A DNA stretch of 64,000 bases, taken from Oikopleura dioica. Its lineage: Eukaryota > Animalia > Chordata. The position numbers and the translations under genes are program-made. How positions within the stretch are numbered: the stretch's first letter is position 1; the number at the start of each line of letters is the position of its first letter. The notes under the pieces were generated by a model. It was given only the letters and a program-made list of their open reading frames with translations. It was not told where the DNA came from and searched no databases. Shown here one piece after another: positions 1-11,956 of this stretch. Location of the stretch: positions 13,640,001 through 13,704,000 of the forward strand of contig OU015566.1 in the NCBI GenBank assembly GCA_907165135.1, written 5' to 3'.

Positions 1-209
1 AGTCCGATTCTTGAAGACTACAATTCTAATGACGATAAATTCAAATTTGCATATTTACAACGTCGGCAACCGTTGCTCTAAGCCTCGTCCATATAATCAC
101 AAAAAGTGAAAAACACTTCATTTTCGATGAATATTCCTTTTTTCTATCTTGGTCAAAGAAGTAAGTAGAATCAATTTCCGCTGAAGCGCAAAGCCTCTCA
201 CTTCTCAAA

Positions 210-1590
210 ATGGACAGCGAGAAAGTACTCCGAGAAGCGACAAAATTCTTCGAAAGAGATGAAACCGATCCCATCACCACTTTCGCTATCGACGAGTACC
301 TCACTTCCGTTTCCATTTCTCTTCCAGCGCTAATTCTAGCCGTAGCCATCTTTCTCGGAGGAGATATGTATTCCGTCGACGGACTGCAAGTTTTCAACCC
401 GAATCGTTATTTCGGATCCTCGCCGCCTTACAAAAGCTATCATTTTGAGACCTGGAATCAAATTCCGTTTTTGAGGAAGTACTGTTGGGCAAAACTCAGG
501 TGCAGTAATGCAATTAAGTGCAAAAACTAAATGTTAATGCAGTAATATGGAGTGCGGCGTCGAAACAATCCTGGGAAACTGCGAAGAAAGCCAGAATTTA
601 TGGCATTACGCGATTCTCCCTAAATTTTTATTCCTCATCATTGTTCTCATGTACACCACGAAAATCATCTGGAACACAAATGTCGCCAAAGACCTTGCAA
701 ATATTCTCAACTTCATCATTGGCGCTACAGAAGAGAGCATAAGAGACTTGGTGGGCGACTTGGCGAAAGAAGCGGAAGTTGAAGACAACGAAGAAAACAA
801 GAAAAAAGACCCAGCTTTAAAATATCAACAAACCAATCTCATTCTCCACCGACTCAACAATACCAACTCGCTCGCGCTGAAATTCGTTTTTCGCCGACTG
901 TATTTCATTCTGTAAGAAACAAGACGCCCTTTCGGATTCATTTTTTTAGTCTTGTGGCTGTGGCGGTCTATTTGACGTACTTTTTCTACATCGATCCAGC
1001 TAGAAATCCCGTCGAATTCGAATGCGGCTTGCCAGAATGGCTTCACTTTCAAGATTTTCCAAGTCGACCGACAGATGAAGAGCACAGGAATCTGACTGGA
1101 CTGAAGATAATCAAGACGATTCATGCAGTTTACGAGCCCGTCAATAGAAGAACTATTCTTATGGTCATATTAGGACTTTGTTTTAACTTGAGTTAATCTC
1201 GGTTTTATCGAAAAAATGAAATTTTTTGTTGAACCAGAGCAAGCAATTTTGTACATCATCGTTGGAATAACCGCCGTCGTCTCCTGGCTCGTCGAATCAT
1301 CGGAAAACCAAGGCGCTCATTTGCTCAAAATGCTCCCTGGACTCAAAATTCCACAAGTCAAGCGCTACAGCGACCTGGATTTCATCCTTTTGCTTCTGCA
1401 TACTAATCGCTCTCTCTCTCAGTATCTGAAGCTCTCCTTCGACATCATGATCAGTTCCAATGGCAAAAAGACCCAATCAACCTTCGAGAAGCATCAGAAA
1501 TTCATTTCTTCCTTGAGAGAAATCACCGTCTGGAAAACTACGACGGAAAATGATGATGCGATAGAACAACTGCTCAAGAAAAGAAATTAA
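210..1590 (+). CDS. PANX: Pannexin/innexin-family channel, 4 exons (introns about 500-542, 912-949, and about 1164/1192-1237/1239)
   Basis: The spliced translation has four TM segments. It aligns by eye with recalled pannexin-1 motifs: DEYLTSVSISLPALILAV (vs DKMVTCIAVGLPLLLISL), YCWA, NLWHYAILPKFLFL (vs LWLHKFFPYILL), NSLALKFVFRRL, VEFEC, RYSDLDFILLLLHTN (vs GYNDLSLYNLFLEEN). GT-AG mini-introns join the frames. Confidence 0.82.
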
Positions 1591-1632
1591 GAGATTTTAC
1601 GCTTAATTTAATAAATGTTTCATTCAAGCGAG

Positions 1633-3181
1633 TCAGGCTTTGATTTCTGGGCACTCCAGATTCCCTTCGTAGACAATCGGATGCATGACATTGTCCAACG
1701 ACAATTCTCCGCCTGTCAGCAGCGCTCTATTTTCTTCAATTTGCTCTCCATTCCAAATTGTTCGATACGCTGCCTTTCCATATTTTCCTGGGAACATCAT
1801 GATCGTGTTATTGTCCAGCTTTGCCGCGGTAAACCCATACGCTGACTTAGAAAATTCTCCTATTTGCTGCCATTCCAAATTTTGAAAGAGCCAAACTTTA
1901 GAGCGACTCCCAGCTGAGCTTTTATTGGAATCGGCAATTTTTTTCAATCAAAAATTCGTTTTGATTCTATCCTTTCTTGCGGAGAATAGTATAACTCCTT
2001 CATCAACACTGACGCAGGGCGCATAATTGACCCTTTCCGGATGCTCCGTGGTGTAATTCCACTCCCAGTTGAAAATCTCCACCTTTTGCGAGTAGCTATT
2101 GATTCCGCCAATGGCCAAAAGCTCGTTCCCGTAGACACACATCGCCGCACTTTGATGGTCCGTATTCGTGCTGGCGATTCGCTCGGAAGAGGTTCCATTG
2201 AAGCGCTCGCAATATTTTCGATAATCGTAAGTCCCGAAACAGATGTAAACTCCTTCTTCTTCAAAATCTCCACCATCCCAGACGCTTGAAAAATAAATCT
2301 CCCCTTTTTATCTGATATAAACTCACGCAATAGATCCGTAGGTAGAATGAAATGGCCGGACAAGACTGAATGGGTGCACCTTGAATTCGCAACCTTCAAG
2401 TTTCAGAATTCTCGTTTTATAGGAATCTCGAACTTCTCCGCCAAAAGCGAAGATTTCATTCCTGAAAACAGCGAATCCGGCGTTTCTCAACGAAGTATTT
2501 GATGAAAGCCCGGAATCTTAAAATTTTCTTTGGAAAAAAACGATTTCATCCCTTACCTGGAAGTGCAAGAAAAAGCTTTTCAAACAACTCGCCAAATTCA
2601 TCAGTAACAAAAAATGCCGTGTTCCCTTCTCCTCCAGCATCGCCCAGATGAACGAGTCGTCTCGCTGTTTCTCCTCCTCCGCCGCCGCAAACTTCATTCT
2701 CACAGCCTTCGCAGCCATTCGGGCAGAAGATATTACAGGGGCATCGAAACGAGCAGTTGTTGAAGCCGATAAAACAGTTCTCCTGGCAACTTGGGTCGGA
2801 ACACTGATTCAGGCAATACTCAAGTGTCTCTGAGCATTTTGCTTCGCATTCGTCAGCGAGATTCTGGTCGGGGCAGGTGTCGTCGGGGCAGATTTCGTTT
2901 TCGCAATCTTTGCACCCGTCCGGGCAGAAAATATTACAAGGGCATCGGAAGGAACAATTGTTGAAGGAGGTATAGCACTGCTCCTGACACCCGGCATCAG
3001 AGAGGCAGTCAGAAAGGCAGGAGCTTAGACCATCAAGGCAGTTTGATTCGCAAAGATCTCCCAATTCCTGATCACTGAAATTTTTTGTCAAAAAATCCAT
3101 GATTTCTATGGTCATTTACGGGCAATTAGCTCTGAAAGCTTCGGATGCTCTGATCACTGATAAAAATGCAAAAGTCTTCAT
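1633..3181 (-). CDS. Secreted protein with two Cys-rich repeats followed by a kelch-like beta-propeller region, multi-exon
   Basis: ATG at 3181 gives signal-like MKTFAFLSVIRASEAF. A mini-intron joins to CPDQELGDLCESNC, a near-duplicate of CPDQNLADECEAKC, and both repeats end in CSFRCPCNIFCPxGC. Downstream kelch-like motifs include YICFG, LLAIGG..KVEIF and MMFPG. Confidence 0.65.
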
Positions 3182-3719
3182 TCAAGAATTTCGAGACAAA
3201 AGTTCGAGAACGATATTTCTGCTTCTGAGTTGTCTGCCAGATGCTCCGGTCTCATGTTTGTTGGTCAAGGAACGTATCGCGTTTTTGAATCAGTTTTTTG
3301 GTTTATTGAACTTTGAATACATTTTATTGAAAATAATGAAAAGCGGGCACATTTACACCGTAAACGACTCTACTCGGCCTTCGAGATTTTCTCTTATCGC
3401 CAGGTGTAAATTTGTAATTTTCGATTTTTTGGCGAGAATTGTGAGAAAAAATCGAGTGGCGAGCGTTGTCATTTCTGACAGATTCTACCAACTTTGTACA
3501 TAAAAAGTGAAACGCCTGTAAATCAATCTTGTGGAGCAGGACAGAATGAAACTGGAGCCGCAACTGGGGAAAGACAATTACTGTATGTTACGCGAATATA
3601 CACAACGAAGGGATAAGAAGAAACAAGTGGGATTAAGAACTGACGGACGGTTTTGGAAGGTAACGAGACGGGGTGAAAAAATTTTGCGGGGGCTTTTTTG
3701 GCCAAAAAGGATTTTTTAA

Positions 3720-3995
3720 CCCATTGGCGTGGGCTGACCAATTTTTCGGAAAAAGCCTCAGATCTCTTAATTTTCAAACAAGGCATTGAAAAAAGCCGCA
3801 TTCGGCTGATAAATGACCAAGAAAAGAATGCCAATTAATTGGTCATTCCGCATCAAAGGGTTAAATTTCTTAACCCGTTTGACTTTGACGACCAAAAATT
3901 TGGAAGGAGCTTACGATTTCGTATTCTTTGAATTGCCGCCTTTGAAATCGCAAAACAAGGAAGAGCCAATCAATTGGTCATCCCGCGTCGATGGG
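3720..3995. mobile_element. piggyBac-type MITE (TTAA-CCC...GGG-TTAA) with an internal TTAA-CCC hairpin
   Basis: TTAA at 3716-3719 and 3996-3999. Imperfect TIRs cccattggcgtgggctgaccaat / attggtcatcccgcgtcgatggg. Internal gggttaa..ttaaccc at 3858-3876. Confidence 0.65.
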
Positions 3996-4124
3996 TTAAA
4001 ATCGAAAAACAACGCATGGATAAAAATATATACAGTGAGAAGAAGAAAGCACAGTGGGGGAGACAAATTAAGAAGACTTGAAAAACCAGCCTGGTTTCTG
4101 AAGAAGTTGCCCTAGTAGAATAAA

Positions 4125-7100
4125 TTATTTGTAAGAAACGACGTGAAGAACTCCGTAGAGTGATTTTTCGAAATGCTGCGCGTCCAAAAGTCGATCCTTG
4201 ACTTCCTGGCATGGGTATCGCTGGAAAAGTGTTTGAAGATTTTTGAGGACCCATCGATTGCGAGAAGAGGTGTAGAAACTGAAGCCTTCGGGAGAAGCGA
4301 TTTGTTGGAGCTCGTCAATTTTCGCCTTCGCGTGAGCTCGGGCGATGATCAAAAGAACTTGCTCAGCCAGCTGAGCGAAAATGTCCATGTCGTGGCGGTC
4401 GGAAAACTCGCTCATGCCAGTTCGGATGTGGAAAGCGATGATTTCTGAAAAGGAAAGGGAATAAAGATCAATCAGAGACAGGTGATGAGAATTTATACAA
4501 GACCCTTCCTTGGTCAAATGTCATTTCCTCGCTGCATTTATGGACATCCGCAAATCAATCAAAAAATCAACGAGGAGAATTTTCACCTCCGCTTTTAAAC
4601 TATCATTTACCTTCTAGTCTGAAGAGCGCTTTTCTTCCCAAAATCTTCCGCTTACATTTCAGCCGATAATGTTCCGCTGCAGTCGAAATCGCCTGCAACT
4701 TCGTCCCGACATCGGCAGCTCCTCTAGGCATCGCTTTCGGCATCGCCTGTTGATTCTGGTTGTAGCTTGTTTGATTTTTCGAGCCATTTCCGTAGGCAAA
4801 AGTTTGATTTTGAGTTCTGGCCGCCTGCTGAGTTGAAGCGGATGATCCCCAGCCGGTTGAAGTCGCGCCGGCCATTGGGACGCTTCCGTAGCTGTTTTTG
4901 TTTGAAGCTTTTGTTGTTGTCTTGGAGGAGCCATAAGAGCCGTAGCCTGTGGATTTTGGCTCTTGCTAGAGGAAAGATATGAATAACGGATAATTAAGGG
5001 TGTACCATCCATAGGGTTAGGGTTAGGGAAAGGATTGGGTGAACACCAAAAGAAAGCCAATTAATTGGTCATTCCGCATCAAAGGGTTAAATTACTTAAC
5101 CCGTTTGACTTTGACGACCAAAAATTTGGAAGGAGCTTACGATTACGTATTCTATCAAGAAATTAGTCAAAAAATAGTAATCTCTTGTATTACAAGTTAA
5201 ACTCCTTGGGCTTTTTGACCGCCGTGGGAAGTCAAATGCTTTTTGGCAAGATATATCTGTATCGTAAAATAGCAAGAAGATAAGTTCAAGGCCAACTTTA
5301 TCTTCTGATTCGAGCGGATATCATAAATTGACAACTCAATTTATTGATGTCGTTTTACGCATTTTCTACTTTCAAGCACGTCAATAAAAAAATATTTTCT
5401 GGCTTGCTGTCATTAAAAATAAATCGTACTTACGGACAAAAAGCTAATCAAATTCACCATTTTTCTCTTTGATTTATGAATAAAAAAGGGGCCTGAGCGG
5501 TTTCAAGATTTCAGATTTATCTCACCTTGATGCTAGATCCATATTCCTTCTTTGTCGTGGCTTGCGATTTTGTTTTGGAACCAGGATCGGCGAACGATTT
5601 CGCAGAACCGCCTAACATCGCGTCTAATCCTGCAGTGCCGCCTGAGTTCGGTTTTCAATTTTATAGAATAATTTTTGGTCTATTCTATTTTAAATGAAAA
5701 AATTAAAAAATTCAGAGTACAAAACGCACAAAATATTCTAAAAATCCAATAAATGACCATTTAAAGATGTAGCCAATAAGATTTGACCATTTTTAAAGCT
5801 CGTTTCTTATTGGTCAACCAATGAAAACGCTCCATTTCCCCCGGCCACGCCCCTTTTTTCTGAGAAAAGTTCAAAAGTCACCCTGAATCGGCCAAATGAG
5901 TCTCTATTTGACCTTTTCTATTTTGACATCAACAAAGAATGCCCCGATAATTACTGACTTTTACTAGCTGACGGCACTTGTGCGGGCGAAATTCAAACAC
6001 TTTGAGCTTATCGTTCCCGATAGCTTCATCTGTCAAGTGGAAACTTTCTTGCCTGAGTCGCCCAAGCCTTGGGTCCAATTGAGTATACAAATGTAGTCAG
6101 ATAGATAGATACAGAACTAAAGCCTGTAACTTGTTACAGTGATAAAAGACAGCTCCTGTCGCCAGTAAATTGCCGAAATATTCAGGAAAATCCAAGTTTG
6201 ACCCAAATTTATTGGCTAAAACCGCAGTAACTTTGTTCCAGTATAACAGCGTCATTGAAATTTCTGACTGTAATTACAGTAACTTGGCTCAGAAAATCTC
6301 CCCTTTGTCCATTTTAATTCTCAAAGGATTTATCTCCCGCGCTTCCTGTTTTTGAACGACAATACAAAATCAAATAGCACGCGAATTTATCCAAACAAGT
6401 CTAAGCCCCAATAAGCCAAGTACACCCTTATGTTTCAACACAAAGAAAGTAGAAGTTTTCCAGTGACCTTGAAATCCAGTCGCCAAGGCAAATTACCTTA
6501 TGGGGAAAAAGGGCAATTCAAACCATCTGTGGCGAGAATTTCCACCCGCCAAAATCAAATTTACTTTTGGCTGACCTCGGATCCTTTGAAGTACCAACGT
6601 AATTATTCAATTAAGGGTATAGCCCCCTTAATTTTCAAACTAATTCCCAATCATTTTCGCCCGTAAAAATGATGACTACTTTCGTCAATAAATCCTCGTA
6701 AATGGTATACAACTCATTTTTTCCTCATCTATAATTTCAAGCCTCGATACCCTTAAAAAAGAGACTTCCATATTGAGACTCAAATTAAGCACTTTATCGT
6801 ACCATAAATAGGCCTCGGACGTAAAAAAGACGATTTTCACCATCCGGTCATCGTACGGGAACATGAGAGGGCTCATTCGAAAGGTCTTGATAAGGGCTTT
6901 CTATTTGACCGATAAAAAAACTGGGCCCTCCCTTTCTGTTACGAGTTATTTTGAAAAATATTTTTCGAAGCTTACCTTCAAAATCAAATATCTCGAAAAA
7001 GAAGGACAGGGCCCAGTTTTTTTATAAGCCCAACAGATAGCCCGGTTCAAGAGCTTTCGAATGAGCCTACTCTTGTTACCGTACGACGACCGGCTGGTGG

Positions 7101-7688
7101 TGATGATTTTTTACGTCCGAGGCCTAACCATAAATCAAAAAAGGCCCTATTCTTTATGATTATAGAAGAGAAATAAAACCAAACAATTTACAAGAATCTA
7201 CAGCAAAATCTCTTCGGAAGTTATTTACAAAGCACTTGTTTAACGACGCTTTTAGACATTTTACGAAACGATATCTTTTTGACTATCGTCACTAAAATCT
7301 CATTTAGAACCACCAGCTGAGAATTAATTAATAAAAGCAATTTTTAATAGGATCGGAAACCACATGACTTGATCCATCAAAATCATTGTCAGTGTAATAA
7401 AGATTTATTGTGTGTTTTGTGTGAAGAAAATTAAGGCTCTCCCGGTCACTAGAATCAAATTGAGATGAAAATTTTTGAGAATTATTAAAAAAAAAACCGA
7501 TAAAAACTCAGCAAAAGTCTCTTTTATTCGGAAAATCTTAAGGGGACAGGGCCCGATAGTCAAAAATGCTTCTTTAGAGCTTTGATGGTGATACCCTTAA
7601 TCTCAAAATCAACTGAAAACCTCTTTCCTGTACCAAACATCTGAGCCAGCATTCTTTCATCGAATCCTTGAGCAAGTAAGCTATCCAT
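4125..7688 (-). CDS. Hypothetical protein with a Ser/Thr/Gly/Lys-rich N-half and helical C-terminus; exons at about 7634-7688, 5528-5643, 4600-4970 and 4125-4460
   Basis: MDSLLAQGFDERMLAQMF|GGTAGLDAMLGGSAK...SSIK joins through phase-compatible GT-AG sites. It continues into ORFs 4603..4875 and 4125..4517. No family recognised. Confidence 0.45.
5048..5153 (+). repeat. Second copy of the MITE core at 3822-3927 (106 bp, about 3 mismatches)
   Basis: Direct comparison of aaaagaa..ccaattaattggtcattccgcatcaaagggttaa..cttacgatt.cgtattct at both loci. Confidence 0.85.
6809..7126. mobile_element. TA-flanked foldback MITE of about 320 bp
   Basis: Nested inverted pairs: taggcctcggacgtaaaaaa / ttttttacgtccgaggccta; ccggtcatcgtacgg / ccgtacgacgaccgg; gctcattcgaaag / ctttcgaatgagc; aaaaaaactgggccct / agggcccagttttttt. 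Confidence 0.8.
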
Positions 7689-8832
7689 ATTTCTTCTTTC
7701 CTCTTCTTCGTTTCACAAAAATCTCTCAGAAAAATTTTCTTCTGATCTTCAGGTTTTGTTCAAGTGGTGGTCGAGACGTTCGAATGTGGGACCAGCATCG
7801 CCGCGGGAGTAAAATTCAAACGATGCTTTGGCAAGAATTGTTTGACTCCGTCCGACTGAGGCGCTCTCCGCGATCGACCAAATGGACTCAGAAATAAAAC
7901 CACCTCGACGATTTTCAATTGACAACGGGGAGAATCTGAAGATGAGTTTCAAAATTGATCATGTCGGTTTTATAACTTCAAATAAAAAGAATAAAATGAT
8001 TGTTTATTATTATTGAAAGAGCTTTTCATCAAGATTTTTTAACATTTTATGAAGTAAAGGGTCTCCCTCAGAAAACTTTATTCAGATAAAAGGGCAAAAT
8101 CGAGAAAAAAAATATCTTTGATACCCTTAATATCTTGGGATTTATCAACAGTTGTCAATTGATAATTATTCTTGATTAAAATAAGGGTTAACTTAAGGAT
8201 ATATCGGCAACTTAAGGGGGTAACGGGCAAAAAAAGATTCGAAACGAATAGAATCTATCGCTAAATCATCGATTTTTGGCAAAAAAATAGCTGAAAAATT
8301 AGTCAAATTGTGAATATTCAACCCTAACCCTTCTATCGACTGGTATACCCTTAATTCATGAAAGAAAAAGCTGCTTTCTCACCTCCTTGATTCAATAAAT
8401 CTCTTTTTCAACCGCCCAATTTCCTCTTAGATTTCCTCTGTTCTCAGAGAACTCGAAAAAGTACCCTTCTCCGCTCAATTTTTAACTTGTGACTGGAGTC
8501 CGATGATTAGGCCTCCTCCTCCTTTTTTCTCTTGGTTTTAAATAAATCTCTAAATTTAGTCACGCGGCGTCAGAGTTAGGTGAAAACCGCTCCACCAAGG
8601 ATAAAAATACGCGGCTTATTATGTATTTTGAGTTATTCAATTCAGATTTGGAATCGTTTTGGAATGGATGGGAAACGGTAGAAAAGAGTATCAAAAGAAT
8701 ACGTTTGTTGAGGGACAAAGCATGCTCACTCAACTGGATCATATCGGTGTTGATAGCCAGAATTCTACCATAGAAATAATATACCGTATATAATTTTGCA
8801 TTTGTATAAATATATTATTAATCAATGATTTA

Positions 8833-9048
8833 AGATAGTGACACCCTTATTTTTTGGGCAGAAATTTGAGTTGAATTATCCAAGATGACGGTCAGAATAA
8901 GGGTCTCACAATGATAAAATAACCTTTGTTTATGATTACTAATGAATATACACAAAGATTATTTTATCATTGTGAGACCCTTATTCTGATCTTTATCTAT
9001 GATAAGTCATCTCGAATTTCTGCTCAAAAAATAAGGGTGTCACCATCT
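8833..9048. mobile_element. Near-perfect palindromic MITE of the GTGACACCCTTA / TAAGGGTGTCAC family
   Basis: Arms agatagtgacacccttattttttgggcagaaatt and aatttctgctcaaaaaataagggtgtcaccatct, plus inner cagaataagggtctcacaatgataaaat / attttatcattgtgagacccttattctg. Confidence 0.85.
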
Positions 9049-9286
9049 AAAAAGTAAAGCTTCTTTGACGAAGAGATATCAGTTATATATATTTTTTTTA
9101 AGAGTGACGCCCTTAAATGACCCAAAATTTGTGCAAAAGGAGCATTTTCCAGCATTTGAAATCCTCATTTTCTTTCAAAAAATGCTCAAAATTTTAGAGT
9201 GCGTTGGATTCTTTACGCTTGATATTTTCAAACGATGCGGGTTGGGGTGAAATTACGTTTTGTTGACTAGGGATGGAATTTGGATT

Positions 9287-9650
9287 CTAATCACGCGAAA
9301 GCCCTGGGGGACAAAATCGTAATCAGCCAGAATTGAACATGCTGAGCTAAGGGTTTCCTTACCTTGGAGTTGTCTGAATTGCGGTTTTTCTAGCGCAAGG
9401 CGCCTGAAAGTCTCTTTTTTCTTCGCTTCCAATTTTCGTCTTTTTTGTTTTTTTTGAAACAGCGAAAACAACTGTTTATTCGGTTTTATCTTGAAACAAG
9501 TTCTGGGAAGCTGTGAGAAGAAGCGTGTGGACTGATACGAGGCCCAGAGGCTAGATTAGACGCAATTTTTGCAAGGAAGGAGAAAATCTCTAAGCTGCTG
9601 GAAGTGTTGAAAATTTTGGTAAGAAGCTACAATTCCATTAAATTAAAACG
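9287..9650 (-). CDS. Possible small basic hypothetical protein (3' exons only)
   Basis: Clean GT-AG mini-introns join ...QQLRDFLLPCKNC|LPRTCFKIKPNKQLFSLFQKKQKRRKLEAKKK...RQLQ|GLSRD*. The start codon was not located. Confidence 0.3.
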
Positions 9651-10302
9651 ATTTGCACGGGCGAGTCAATTAGTGGCCGAGGATCCGCGTAATCGAGTTG
9701 CCGAATTTCCGACACAAGATGCACATTATCTAACGTGTTCTAGCGCTGATTTTCGAGCCAAAACCAAGGTCGAAACCAACGCCAAATAAGGGGGTACCCT
9801 TCGCTTTCAGAAATAAATTTATGATGGTAAAGGAGGGTACCCCCTTATTTTCAAAATTAGCTTTTGAATTTGATGATAAGTTTAACTGCTGACGTTTTGA
9901 AAATGTCACGATTGTCAGCAGTCGCGTTTGATAAGGGACAGCATCGACCTTTGCGCGTGGTCATGGGACGAGTGCATAAGTTACTTATTGATTTAGCGCA
10001 CATATAAAACTGTCATTACAAAGCATGTTTCCCAAGTACCTCCTGTGTTTAACACTTTTCCAAGCGTGCGTAAATACTTATTTAATTGTGAATCAGAAAG
10101 AACATGCAGTGAGTTCGGTCGCTGATTAGAAAAGTGCTTCTTTTAACGTTGAATTTCAAAAAATTTTATTGAAAAAGAAAAGAAGAGATAAGAATATTAT
10201 GTATTTGTATCTTCATGATCTGTTGACCAATTTGTCGTTTTTGTTTGATGATCCGGTCCTAAAAATATTGATTATTTTTGAATGCAAGTACTGAGTGAAG
10301 AC

Positions 10303-11230
10303 TTACACTGATGATTCAATTTTCTGAGCGCTTGTATAAAAATACATCCTAACTTTTCCTTCAACTGGCTGGGTATTGTAAAGGTGTAATTCTAAAGGTT
10401 CTCCTGCACCACCAAGCTCAACATTGAAGAAGTTTTCGTAGCCAGAAGAGTAGAAATCGTCGTCGCCGCACAATCTTTTTCCATTGATTGAGAAGTAGTT
10501 ATCGCCACAGGAAGTCATATCAGTCACGATATCTTTAAATAAATTGATAATCTGTGATAATAAAATTTCAATTTATATCATTATTCTGATGTTTCTTCAT
10601 TATCAACATTTCCTGTTAAAACTTGGCCGTCATCTTTGTTAATTTCGATTGTTGCCTCTTTCACAAAAATTTTTTCGTCATCGTTTTTGGGGATGAGTTT
10701 TATTTTGCAGTCACTGGCAGGATAAGTATCAGGACGAGAAAAGGGCATCGCGATATATTCTCCTTCAGCCGTGAAAGTGTTTGGCGAGCTAAAAATTGTG
10801 ACTTTTTTTGCCTGCGTGTTTCTTCTTCATTTTTTAACCAAAAATCAAAAATAAGTTTAAAATCGTATTTTTACATGTAGAACCGATTTCTTTCTTGTTA
10901 ACGAAAATTATTGACGAGGGGGGAAGGAATCAAATAATCAAATTAATAATCGACTTACAAAAAAGCAAAATGACCTTCAGGATAACCGTCTCCTTCCCAT
11001 TTTTCGTCTCCAACAATGAATTCTTTATACCCATTCTCCTGGCATAAATTATTGAAGTTCTTTTTGTTTGTTTTCGATTCCATTTTAATCTTATGATTGA
11101 GATTGTTAAATGAATATTTTTTTTATTATAAAACAATTCCTTTTTCAATCGTTGCGAACGATAATTTGCTACCAGAACAGAAAGGCCGATGACGACGACA
11201 ACGACGGTACAGCAGCAACCTCCGACAATT
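10303..11230 (-). CDS. Type II membrane protein with a CUB-like ectodomain
   Basis: N-terminal anchor MAGKALKIVGGCCCTVVVVVIGLSVLVA. Downstream exons YPASDCKIKL..., CGDNYFSINGKRLCG and LELHLYNTQPVEGKVRMYFY resemble the CUB beta-strand/Cys pattern. Confidence 0.5.
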
Positions 11231-11956
11231 TTCAGCGCTTTGCCTGCCATTGTCGTGTAGAATCGTAATCTGACGAAAATGACCAAAACCCGCCTTATAT
11301 ACTGTAGTAGAAACATTTCCTGGAAAAATGTGTTCTAGAATGCACTAAATTACAGTATTTTTAGATTTACAAATTTTCAATGTTCAAAAAAACAAACTGT
11401 ATTCTAGTAATGACGTTTCGATAACGTCACGATAATAAAATTTAATTTTGATGAGAAACGTTTGATCATCATTTTTTGAGTTAAGCCAAACAAAAACTTA
11501 TAAAGAAACTTTCCCACTTTGATGCTCAAACTCCAACATGCTCTCCTATTCAAGAAACCGCGATCAGAAGACTTTCTTTTCAACAAAAGAATCGGCGGAA
11601 GTTCAAGTCAAATCTTCTTTCAATTTTTTAATTTTGTATTTTCAGCTACAACAAGTTTTTGACCACGATTGTCCTCCAGATGTCTTTTTACGTCAATTTT
11701 TGTAAAAAAAGACGACTCATTCAAAAATGAAAGGAATCCACATTAAAGTCATTTTTTGTTGCAAACTTTTATTGTTAAAAAATGCATGATTTAGCGCTCA
11801 GATCTGGCAGAAATGAAAATTGAAGATTTGCCAAAGTCTCTGTGGCTCGCGCGTGTATCCAAAAATTGATCTCTTCATCGTTCCAAAACACACAAAAGGC
11901 CAGAAACACGCGATTCTCCTCTCTCTCTCTTTCTTTTTCCTATTTTATTTTTGAAA

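Noticed and set aside
41-397. 118-aa minus-strand ORF and other antisense ORFs over the pannexin, SLC22, kinase and ABCA exons
   Set aside because: They are shadow frames of well-supported genes on the other strand, with no independent motifs.
5011-5030. (TTAGGG)n-like run, with CCCTAA singles near 8320, 32480 and 60555
   Set aside because: Only 2-3 units, embedded in repeat-rich intronic DNA. This is too short to call an interstitial telomere or fusion site.
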